Source: an uncultured delta proteobacterium (lineage in GTDB: Bacteria; Myxococcota_A; Polyangia; Fen-1088). From it: 64,000 nucleotides of DNA. The position numbers and the translations under genes were made by a program. The notes under the pieces are model-generated. The model was not told where the DNA came from. It did not search any database and was given only the letters and a program-made list of their open reading frames with translations. The stretch lies in assembly GCA_963737265.1 (NCBI GenBank), contig CAVTRY010000016.1:320001-384000 (forward strand), read 5' to 3'. Within the stretch, counting starts at the first letter, position 1; each line of letters starts with the position of its first letter. Below, one piece after another: positions 50,801-58,067 of the stretch.

Positions 50801-52587
50801 GCCACCTGACCGCCGGCTCGGGCGTCACCGGCCTCATCAAGACCGCGCTCTCGCTTTGGTCGCGGACGTTGGTTCCTTCGATCCACTTCGAGTCCCCCAA
50901 TCCCAACATCGATTTCGCGAGCTCGCCCTTCCGCGTGCAGACCGCGCGCGAGCCGTGGACACGCGCGGAAGCAAGCACGCCCCTGCGCGCGGGCGTGAGC
51001 TCGTTTGGCGTGGGCGGCACCAACGCCCACCTCGTTCTCGAAGAAGCACCCGCGGCGCCAGAGGCGGGCCCCCAGCGCGGCTGCCACCTGCTCACCCTGT
51101 CGGCGAAAAGCGAAAGCGCGCTCGAAGAAGCGACCCGCCGTCTGGCAGCGTGGCTCGGCGACAACCCCCAGGCGAATCTGGCGGATGTCGCGTACACATT
51201 GCAGGAACGGCGAGCCGCGTTTCCGCGCCGGCGCTTCTTGGTCGCGAAAGACAGCGCGGATGCATCGGCGTCGCTGGCGAAGCTGCCGCCAGCCCGCTCG
51301 GGCACGCGAATGGCCGAGGCGCGCGCGCCCGAGGTGGCCTTCCTGTTTCCTGGCCAGGGCAGCCAGTATGTCAACATGGGGCGCGGTCTGTACCAAAGCG
51401 AGCCCGTGGTCCGCCAAGCCATCGATGCCTGCGCCGAGATCTTGCGCGAACCACTCGGCGAGGATTTGCGCGGTGTACTTTTCGCCGAACCCGGAACCGA
51501 GGCGGAGGCGCAAGCAAAGTTGCAACAGACGCGCTACACGCAGCCCGCGCTTTTTACCCTCGAATATGCGCTCGCCATGTGGTGGCAAAGCGCCGGCGTT
51601 CGGCCGGCCGGCATGCTTGGACACAGCGTGGGCGAGTTCGTGGCCGCGCATCTGGCTGGCGTGTTCAGCCTGGAAGATGGCCTGCTTCTTGTCGCCGAGC
51701 GGGCCGCGCTCATGCAGTCGATGCCGCCGGGATCCATGCTGGCGGTGCGAGCGCCCGCCGCGCAGATCGAGGCGCGGCTTCCCGAGGAGTTGGCGCTGGC
51801 GGCGAGCAACGGACCCGCGCTGTGCGTGGTAGCGGGCCCGCACGTCGCCGTCGCGGCCTTCGCCAAGGTGCTGGAAGGCGAGCGCATTCCCAGTCGCGCG
51901 CTGCAAACCTCCCATGCCTTCCACTCCCCCATGATGGAGCCCGTGGTCGAGCCACTGGCCGCGGTCGCGCGCAAGCTCACCTTGTCGCCGCCACAAATTC
52001 CCTTTGTCTCCAGCGTCTCGGGCGATTGGATCACCGCCCTGCAGGCCACGTCCCCCGACTATTGGGCGCGCCACCTGCGCGTTCCCGTGCGCTTCGCCGA
52101 GGGATTGCAGACCTTGTGGGCGGATCCCACCCGCGTGCTGCTCGAAGCGGGTCCGCGCGCCACCAACACCACCATGGCCAAGCAGATGGCGAAAGATTCC
52201 GCGCGCCAGCTCGCCGTCGCCTCCCTGTCCGACCAGCCGGAGCTCGAGGTTGAATCGCTCCTGCGCGCCGCCGGAATGTTGTGGAGCGCGGGCGTGGCCG
52301 TGGACTTCCGCGCGCTCAACGCCATCGGCGTTCGCCACCACGTCTCGCTGCCAACCTATCCCTTCGAGCGGCAGCGGCACTGGATCGAGCCCAACCGCGA
52401 GACGGCGACCGCACCATCGGGAGAAGCGGCCGTCCAACCATCGGCCGATGAGGCCAGCCAACCATCGACCGTCCCTGACGCCGTCGCGCCTGCCCCGACC
52501 GGCGAAAGTCTGGCGTGGCTTTTCGACGAACAGATGCAAGTCATGGAAGCGCAGCTAACCTTGCTGGAGGCGAACAGGAAGTCGTAG
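47818..52587 (+). CDS. Hybrid NRPS-PKS A-T-KS-AT with no terminal ACP
   Basis: YTSGSTGKPKG, FDFSVWE, FFDLGGTSL; KS TACSTS, EAHGT, NLGH; AT GHSVG and HAFH; ends after LPTYPFER with no carrier motif. Confidence 0.93.
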   Translation: MTNRTTPPLDSAQAHELLDRWNPRRSFDPGPCLHERFEAVATARPNAAALAFENDRMTYADLNRRANQLAHTLLARGVGPDALVGLCAERSLDLVVGLLGILKAGGAYVPLDPSYPADRLRHMLDDSGITVLVTQKGAAPDLQAAAVAKGAAVVRLDGELSGNTANPAHLTRSENLAYVIYTSGSTGKPKGAPISHGNVTRLFAATDAWFGFKDSDVWTLFHSYAFDFSVWELWGALLHGGRLVVVPYLVSRSPDAFYALLGSQGVTVLNQTPSAFRQLVQAEIDAPAKQNLALRTVIFGGEALELQGLRPWFERHGDERPRLVNMYGITETCVHVTYRPITAQDVRDGQGSVIGEPLLDLQIYLLDEEQHLVPAGEPGEIYVGGAGLGRGYLNRPELTAERFPTLSLAGRPPERLYRSGDLARRLPSGDLEYLGRIDHQVKLRGFRVELGEIESVLAQDADVREVVVLARQDEPGDQRLVAYLSMRQRVEVDESGVIERLRALARARLPEYMVPSAFVFLGALPLTENGKVDRRALPAPKSSRGDRDRPFAAPRSATEIAIAEVWRRILRLDRVGADESFFDLGGTSLLAVRAAGEVRRRLGVDVPVVKMFEHPVLQDLARVLEVTGKNHGSVAPRPRRRALTQGQAERDIAIIGMAGRFPGAPDVATLWRHLLDGVDSVTFFSPDELDPREREASTLPDYVRARGILADADKFDAEFFGENARIADITDPQQRVLLELAWAALEDAGVVPERYDGLVGVYAGTGHNTYFSRNVLRAPERVEAVGELQTLLANDKDFVATRIAHKLNLRGPALSLHTACSTSLVATSVAVHGLRAYECDIALAGAVSVTVPQASGHIYQEGAMLSADGYTRTFDAKATGTVFSDGGGVVVLKRLADARADGDRIYAVIRGAATNNDGAGKASFMAPSVSGQAAVIAAAQEDAGVDPESISYVEAHGTATPLGDPIEVEALTRAFRLRTAKNGFCSIGSVKSNLGHLTAGSGVTGLIKTALSLWSRTLVPSIHFESPNPNIDFASSPFRVQTAREPWTRAEASTPLRAGVSSFGVGGTNAHLVLEEAPAAPEAGPQRGCHLLTLSAKSESALEEATRRLAAWLGDNPQANLADVAYTLQERRAAFPRRRFLVAKDSADASASLAKLPPARSGTRMAEARAPEVAFLFPGQGSQYVNMGRGLYQSEPVVRQAIDACAEILREPLGEDLRGVLFAEPGTEAEAQAKLQQTRYTQPALFTLEYALAMWWQSAGVRPAGMLGHSVGEFVAAHLAGVFSLEDGLLLVAERAALMQSMPPGSMLAVRAPAAQIEARLPEELALAASNGPALCVVAGPHVAVAAFAKVLEGERIPSRALQTSHAFHSPMMEPVVEPLAAVARKLTLSPPQIPFVSSVSGDWITALQATSPDYWARHLRVPVRFAEGLQTLWADPTRVLLEAGPRATNTTMAKQMAKDSARQLAVASLSDQPELEVESLLRAAGMLWSAGVAVDFRALNAIGVRHHVSLPTYPFERQRHWIEPNRETATAPSGEAAVQPSADEASQPSTVPDAVAPAPTGESLAWLFDEQMQVMEAQLTLLEANRKS

Positions 52588-52623
52588 CTGCCATCACGGT
52601 CAGAACGACGATCCTGAGCGGCC

Positions 52624-52980
52624 GTGGTCCAGCGTCAGGTCCACGGCGCGCTATGGCTTCTCTATGCAGCGAAGCGGATACTATCGAAACACGAACAACT
52701 TGCCGAAAAGGTCTTGGCAGCATTTCAAGGGGAAGAGAAGCGGCTGATTCAGCGGCTCATCAGAGCAACAGTTACTGGCCTTCAGGGGGAGCTTGCGACT
52801 ATTCTCGCCTACAATCGCGCGGCGACACTGGCAGAACACTTAGTGCGTGCGTTCGACGCAGAACTGTTGGCACAAGGCATTGGGGCGGTGACGTTGATCT
52901 ACGACGCGCTTGATGTCGGATTTGGCTCTGACGAGAAGTCGATTGAGATGCGCGGCCGATTCGTTAGTGAGGAGCGACGA
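52624..52980 (+). pseudogene. Fragment of a foreign-looking gene, possibly a P-loop ATPase remnant
   Basis: Visibly more AT-rich codons; Walker-B-like VTLIYDALD; no Walker A; protein-like sequence stops at the repeat at 52981. Confidence 0.35.
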
Positions 52981-53073
52981 AAGGTGGTCGTTTTCGTTTT
53001 CGTGATCGTCCACGTGGCAGTGGCCCTGGCCGAGCAAGATCACGCCGGCCGCGACCTCGGCCACGACCACCTT
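52981..53073. repeat. Hexamer-based palindromic intergenic element, copy 2
   Basis: Perfect 10-bp terminal inverted repeat AAGGTGGTCG/CGACCACCTT; shares GTGGCCCTGGCCG and AAGATCAC with 16492-16581. Confidence 0.7.
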
Positions 53074-53115
53074 ATTCATCCAGCGGGTGATGGCTTCGTC
53101 GCACAAAAGGCGGAC

Positions 53116-53706
53116 TTACTCTGCGTCTGCCCCGACCTCGGCCGTCGCCCTGCCAAGGAGATCGGTCACTGCAAGTCTGACGGCCCAGTCGTGCAAGTAG
53201 GCCAGGTCCAGGCTGCCCCGCTGTGCGCGTAGGACGCCGAGGATGTCGCGCCACTGGCGATCCGAGACCTCGCCGCCTTGGCGAAACCAGAGCATCTTGC
53301 GCAAGATGGTGTCTTCGGGTGCCTTGATCATGAGGGTGCGGCCAGCACGAACCACGACCGGCCGACAGCGTGAGAACTCGGATTCATCGTAGGGGCCGTG
53401 GGGGTGCCCGAATAGGTCGATCTTCAACACCAGCGGCAGATAGAAGACGTTTGCAGATCTGCCGTGCAGGATGGCGTCTCGTAGCATGTCGCCGTCGACT
53501 TCGAAGTCCGCGCCAAGCAGTTCACCAAACTCGCGCACTTTCCCGACGGCCATGTCGATAACGAAGTCGATGTCGTTGGTGGCGCGCGGTTCGCCATCGA
53601 TCGAGCTGGCCAGACTTCCGCCAACGAAATAGGACGCGCCAACCTTCTCCAGCACCTCCGCGACCCGCAATGCGATGTCGACGACGTCTTCAAGCCTGTC
53701 GCTCAT
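53116..53706 (-). CDS. Nucleotidyltransferase-fold protein, putative TA component
   Basis: GGSLASSIDGEPRATNDIDFV, KIDLF, PEDTILRK, RQWRDI. Confidence 0.8.
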   Translation of the reverse strand: MSDRLEDVVDIALRVAEVLEKVGASYFVGGSLASSIDGEPRATNDIDFVIDMAVGKVREFGELLGADFEVDGDMLRDAILHGRSANVFYLPLVLKIDLFGHPHGPYDESEFSRCRPVVVRAGRTLMIKAPEDTILRKMLWFRQGGEVSDRQWRDILGVLRAQRGSLDLAYLHDWAVRLAVTDLLGRATAEVGADAE

Positions 53707-53954
53707 GCCGCGCGTCCCGCGAACACGCGCCGAGCCACCTCGGCACCGTAAAGGCGCTCGGCAAGCTTCTGGCGAAGCTCGTCGTCCGAGAGAAGTCGGT
53801 CGGGATGCGACTGTTTGATACCGGCAAGGGCAAGCTCTCGCGTGGCTCGGGACAGGCGGAGGCAGATCGCAAGCCGCCTTTCGGGCCCTGCTTGGCGCAA
53901 GAGCTCGAAGTATCTGGCGTTTGCCTTGGGCGAGGTGTCGCGCACGAGGGCCAA
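53703..53954 (-). CDS. Small helical protein coupled to the nucleotidyltransferase
   Basis: DTSP...LLRQAGPERRL; ATGA overlap with the downstream gene; start could be GTG at 53945. Confidence 0.7.
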   Translation of the reverse strand: MALVRDTSPKANARYFELLRQAGPERRLAICLRLSRATRELALAGIKQSHPDRLLSDDELRQKLAERLYGAEVARRVFAGRAA

Positions 53955-53971
53955 TTTACCACGCGGTGCTG

Positions 53972-54430
53972 CTAGGGATCGTTTTGATGGATGATGGCCG
54001 ACGCGAACACGAGGTCGTGGCCGCCAGGCAGCTCGTCGCTGTAGAAGTCCCCGGAGGCGAGCGTCACCCGATCGAGCACGCCGGCTTCACGCAACCGTTC
54101 GCGCGCCAGCTCGACCACCGGCGCGCGGTCGAAGAGCGTGGCCCGCATTTAGGGCGAGGCCGCGAGGAACGCGAGCGTGTACGTTCCCGAGGCGCCACCC
54201 ACGTCGAGCAAGCGCCTGCTTGCACCGGGCTTGACGATCTCGACGATGCGTGCCGCGAGCGGCGCGGCGATGACATGCATGCCGCCAATGAACGACAGGA
54301 GCGACGGTTCGTCAATCTTCATTTCGGCCTGCGGACCTGCCACCGCGCGCGTGAGCCCGGCCCAGCGGCCCCAGAGGATTGCGTTGTGGCGGACCATGGG
54401 CAAGACGGACCCAGGGCGGCCGCGACCGTC
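53972..54430 (-). pseudogene. SAM-dependent O-methyltransferase remnant
   Basis: FIGGMH, LLDVGGASG, in-frame TAA at 54149-54151, then same-frame ATLFDRAPVV...GDFYSDELPGGHDLVFASAIIH; N- and C-termini missing. Confidence 0.8.
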
Positions 54431-55160
54431 ACTTTCGCCGCAGCCCGTATTTCGTCAAGCAATAGAGCGCGCGGAAGGCATCCTTGAGCCCGACCTTCTT
54501 GCCTTCGTCGTACTTTCGACCGCGATAGGAAATCGGGACCTCGTAGATGCGCACGTCGCGCTGGCGCGAAAGTTTGACGGTGATCTCGGGCTCGAAGCCG
54601 AAGCGGTTTTCCTCAATGGCGATGGACTGGATAACCTCGCGGCGGAAGGCCTTGTAGCAAGTCTCCATGTCACTCAGGTTCAGGTTGGTCACCATGTTGG
54701 ATAGGGTCGTCAGCATTGCGTTTCCAACCGCGTGCCAGTAGTAAAGCACGCGGCGGGATCCGCCCATGAAGCGCGAGCCGTACACCACGTCGGCGTGGCC
54801 CTCGATGATGGGGGCGATGACCTGGGGGATCTCGCGCGGGTCGTATTCCAAGTCCGCGTCTTGCACGATGACGATGTCGCCGGTCGCTTCCTGGAATCCG
54901 CGGCGCAGCGCCGCGCCCTTGCCCTGGTTCTTCTCCTGCAGGAAGATGCGCACGCCGGTCAGGCCCGTCGCTTCGTCGACCAGCAGGTCGCGCGTGCCAT
55001 CGGTGGAGCCGTCGTCGACGACCAGGATCTCCTTGGCGAACGGGGCGGCGAGCACGCTGCGCAGAAGCTCCAGGATCGTCGCCTTCTCGTTGTAGCAAGG
55101 AACGACGACGCTGACGAGAGGGCTCGAATCGTTTGGATTGTCGTTCTTCACCGGTGTCAT
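54429..55160 (-). CDS. GT2 polyprenol-phosphate glycosyltransferase (DPM1-like)
   Basis: [48 protein letters not shown]. Confidence 0.93.
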   Translation of the reverse strand: MTPVKNDNPNDSSPLVSVVVPCYNEKATILELLRSVLAAPFAKEILVVDDGSTDGTRDLLVDEATGLTGVRIFLQEKNQGKGAALRRGFQEATGDIVIVQDADLEYDPREIPQVIAPIIEGHADVVYGSRFMGGSRRVLYYWHAVGNAMLTTLSNMVTNLNLSDMETCYKAFRREVIQSIAIEENRFGFEPEITVKLSRQRDVRIYEVPISYRGRKYDEGKKVGLKDAFRALYCLTKYGLRRK

Positions 55161-55286
55161 GCTAACTCGATCCAGCGGTCGTTGTCACCGAATCGCCTGT
55201 CGCGGAACCGACTGTCCGAATCGACTTGCCCGGGCCGCTCGCAAACCGTAGAACGCTGGTGAGGTTGGCAAAAACGCCGGTCCAGC

Positions 55287-55919
55287 ATGGAATCCAACGC
55301 AAAGCCCGCGCCCTCGGCGACGCCCGCGCAAGTGACTCGCGGGCACGGCCTGCTCGAAGGCTGGCTGGCGAAAGAGCGCGCCAAGCAGGCGAATCTGCTT
55401 ATCCCAGAGCACTTGCGCGAGGGACGCATCCTCGACATTGGCTGCGGCAGCCATCCCTATTTTCTGGCGCACACGACCTTCCGCGAAAAATACTCGCTCG
55501 ACCAGATTGAGATGCCCGCCGAGACCGCGGCCCAGCATCGCATCACCCACCGCACCCACGATCTCGACCAGGATCCCACGCTGCCGTTCGACGACGGAAC
55601 GTTCAGTGCCATCACGTTACTGGCCGTGATCGAGCACGTTGAGCCCGACATCGCGATCCGCTTTCTGCGCGAGACTTACCGCGCGCTGGTTCCCGGCGGC
55701 CGCCTGATCGTCACCACCCCCGCGGCGTGGACCGACGGGCTGCTGCACCTGCTGGCCAAGCTTCGCTTCGTCAGCCCCGAGGAAATTCACGAGCACGCCT
55801 TCGCCTATACCCTGCCTACGCTCGGCCGCTGTCTGGGCCAGGCTGGATTCGAGCTGAAGCATGTCCGGTGCGGCCGTTTCGAGCTGGGGATGAACTTGTG
55901 GGCCGTAGGAGAAAGGTAG
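55287..55919 (+). CDS. Class I SAM-dependent methyltransferase
   Basis: ILDIGCG, LPFDDGTF, AVIEHV, LVPGGRLIVTTP. Confidence 0.9.
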   Translation: MESNAKPAPSATPAQVTRGHGLLEGWLAKERAKQANLLIPEHLREGRILDIGCGSHPYFLAHTTFREKYSLDQIEMPAETAAQHRITHRTHDLDQDPTLPFDDGTFSAITLLAVIEHVEPDIAIRFLRETYRALVPGGRLIVTTPAAWTDGLLHLLAKLRFVSPEEIHEHAFAYTLPTLGRCLGQAGFELKHVRCGRFELGMNLWAVGER

Positions 55920-55944
55920 CCGTGGAGCTCCTCGCGGCTCGATT

Positions 55945-57411
55945 TCAGGCCTGCTCCACCTTGCCAGCGAACGGTCGCAAGCCGGGTTCAATATCCTCGA
56001 TCGCATCGCCGAAGGAGACCAGCACGCAGGCGAAGGCCACCAGCATCACCCGATCGGCGGAGGCCGAGATCTGCCACCGATAGTCGAACGGGGTCATGAG
56101 GTAGACAAGGCAAAGCAGCGCGAAGTAACAGGTGCCGCAGAGCAGGCACGCGAAGTTCAGAAGCTGAAGTCGCCGACTCGCCACCAAAGCGACCGCCTTG
56201 GCGATGCCCGTCGCGCCGAGCAGCCACAGGAAACGCGTGGTCGCGAGGTCGAACCAGCGCGACCCGGGCGCCAGCAGCGAACTGGTAATGGGGCCGAGCG
56301 CTCCAGCGCGCGCGCGCGACCAAGCGCGCGCGAAGGTCGCGTGATTAATTTGCAGGTAGCTTTGTAGTCCCCAGCGACGCTCGAGGCCACCCCACAACGC
56401 CCATGGAGCAACCGCCAAGGCAACCACGAAGAAGGTGAATGGAGTGCTAAGAGCGGTCTTCGCGTAGGCGCGCACGCGGGAAGAAAGGACCAAGGGAGCC
56501 ACGACCACCAGCAAGGAAAGCGCGAAGAGAAGTCCCTCTTCCTTGGTCGCGAGTCCGAGACCTATCAGAACCAGGGCGTGCTGGGCATCGCGTGGCTCCC
56601 CGTGACGCAGCCAGCGCAGCATCGCCGTAAGCGCCCCGGCGGCGGCCAGCGCCGTGTACACGTCAGTGTATCCGTCGTGGACAATCGCTCCCCCCGCCAG
56701 GAAGGCGATAATCATGACCGCCGCCGCGCCCACCGAAGCCCGCCCGCGCGGTCCGGCTAGCAAGGCGAGCAGATAGCAAGCAAGCGGTGGAACGAAGCCA
56801 AGCTTGGGGAGAAACTCGTTCCAATAGCCGAAACGGACCATCTCGGTGGCGGCCAGAATTGGCATCAACTTGGGATATTCCGGATGGGAAAACGAAATGG
56901 CCGGTTCTAGCCAGCCGGCATCGGAACGCAGCGCCCCTGCGTAGTAGATGATCTTGGCGTGAAAGAACCAAACCGATCGGGCGTCGTTGGCCCACAGCGG
57001 ATCCATGAGCATGACCCACGCCCCAACGCCGGTAACGATGAGACCGAGGAGAATCCAGGCCGCGGGAGCCGGAGCCATGGCGATCCGACCCCGCAGACGC
57101 CACAGCTGGAAGACGCCGAGCCCAAGCCCGATCGCGGCCAGGGCCACGCCGACATCGAGCACCGCCCGCAAGGGCAACCCCGTCATGACGGCGAGCGCGT
57201 GAACGAGAATCCCGAGTCCAAGTCGCAGCGACAAATCCCGCGCGGCCAGGCTCGCACGCTTCGCCCCGGCTTCGTCAACGACCGTACTTGCTCGGCGGCG
57301 AGACCCGCGTTCTAGAATCGCCGCAACGATCGCGGCGACCCCATGTCCCAGGCCCAAACAATAGAGCAGCGAGAGCAAGAGATGAAAGGCGAGAGCGCTG
57401 TTGGGTCCCAT
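55945..57411 (-). CDS. Polytopic membrane protein, possibly GT-C-like
   Basis: Many TM segments; NDARSVWFFHAK, HPEYP, GYTD, TKEEG. Confidence 0.65.
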   Translation of the reverse strand: MGPNSALAFHLLLSLLYCLGLGHGVAAIVAAILERGSRRRASTVVDEAGAKRASLAARDLSLRLGLGILVHALAVMTGLPLRAVLDVGVALAAIGLGLGVFQLWRLRGRIAMAPAPAAWILLGLIVTGVGAWVMLMDPLWANDARSVWFFHAKIIYYAGALRSDAGWLEPAISFSHPEYPKLMPILAATEMVRFGYWNEFLPKLGFVPPLACYLLALLAGPRGRASVGAAAVMIIAFLAGGAIVHDGYTDVYTALAAAGALTAMLRWLRHGEPRDAQHALVLIGLGLATKEEGLLFALSLLVVVAPLVLSSRVRAYAKTALSTPFTFFVVALAVAPWALWGGLERRWGLQSYLQINHATFARAWSRARAGALGPITSSLLAPGSRWFDLATTRFLWLLGATGIAKAVALVASRRLQLLNFACLLCGTCYFALLCLVYLMTPFDYRWQISASADRVMLVAFACVLVSFGDAIEDIEPGLRPFAGKVEQA

Positions 57412-57445
57412 GTCGTGACGGACTCTTTCTGGTGCAAGGGTGCGA

Positions 57446-57925
57446 CTACGGACAAATGAGGAGCTTGTAGCCACTCCCGGTGGCGGGTGCCTCGCGACAG
57501 GAAGGACGGCCAGGTTCCGAGTCAGGCACGAAGGTCGCGCTGGCGGTCGCAACCGCCCTGCGCGGCCACGGACCCTCGACCATGCGCTGCCACAGCTGCC
57601 AGTCGCCGCCTTTCACCAGAATCGGCGCTGCCCAGAAGCGCGTGACTTTTTCTCGCGCCAATACATCGATAAGCGCAGGCACCAGACGTGGCAGGGTCTC
57701 GCGACCCCGGTCGGCGCCGCTTGAGGACTGGAAGATGGGCTTGGCCGCGTGGGCGAGTCGGGTGATGCGTTTCCGGTAGTCCGTGACATAGCGAGAAAGC
57801 GACGGAACCCAGGCGAATACCAGGAAAACAAGAGCCACGGCCGCAGCCTTGCCAGCGACCCAATTGGCGAAATGGGGCAATCGATTGGAAAGGCGCTGCG
57901 GTCTTGGCGCACTCGGCTCGCACAT
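57446..57925 (-). CDS. Hypothetical protein with one TM segment
   Basis: Hydrophobic AVALVFLVFAWV; WQRMVEGPWP; co-oriented with the membrane gene. Confidence 0.45.
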   Translation of the reverse strand: MCEPSAPRPQRLSNRLPHFANWVAGKAAAVALVFLVFAWVPSLSRYVTDYRKRITRLAHAAKPIFQSSSGADRGRETLPRLVPALIDVLAREKVTRFWAAPILVKGGDWQLWQRMVEGPWPRRAVATASATFVPDSEPGRPSCREAPATGSGYKLLICP

Positions 57926-58067
57926 CGCCTGGATAATAGCCTATCCAGCTCCGAGACCGCATCCCGCGCTGCTTTCCGTGCTTCACTCCAAAACCCGGGT
58001 TCATGCAACGTACCCATAAGGGTGCCTTTTGTAAGCTTTCGCAACCGGTTCTGCTAATGTCGCACCG

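Noticed and set aside
50035-52539. Long antisense ORFs (834 aa here; also 45467-47335, 42514-44295, 29419-31155, 7840-9174)
   Set aside because: Shadow frames opposite well-supported genes in high-GC DNA; no recognisable motifs
52624-53232. 202-aa ORF as an intact gene
   Set aside because: Its second half runs through the repeat element and antisense to the nucleotidyltransferase; only the first part looks protein-like
54149-54151. Stop-codon readthrough (Sec/Pyl) in the methyltransferase
   Set aside because: The stop is TAA and the gene is also truncated at both ends
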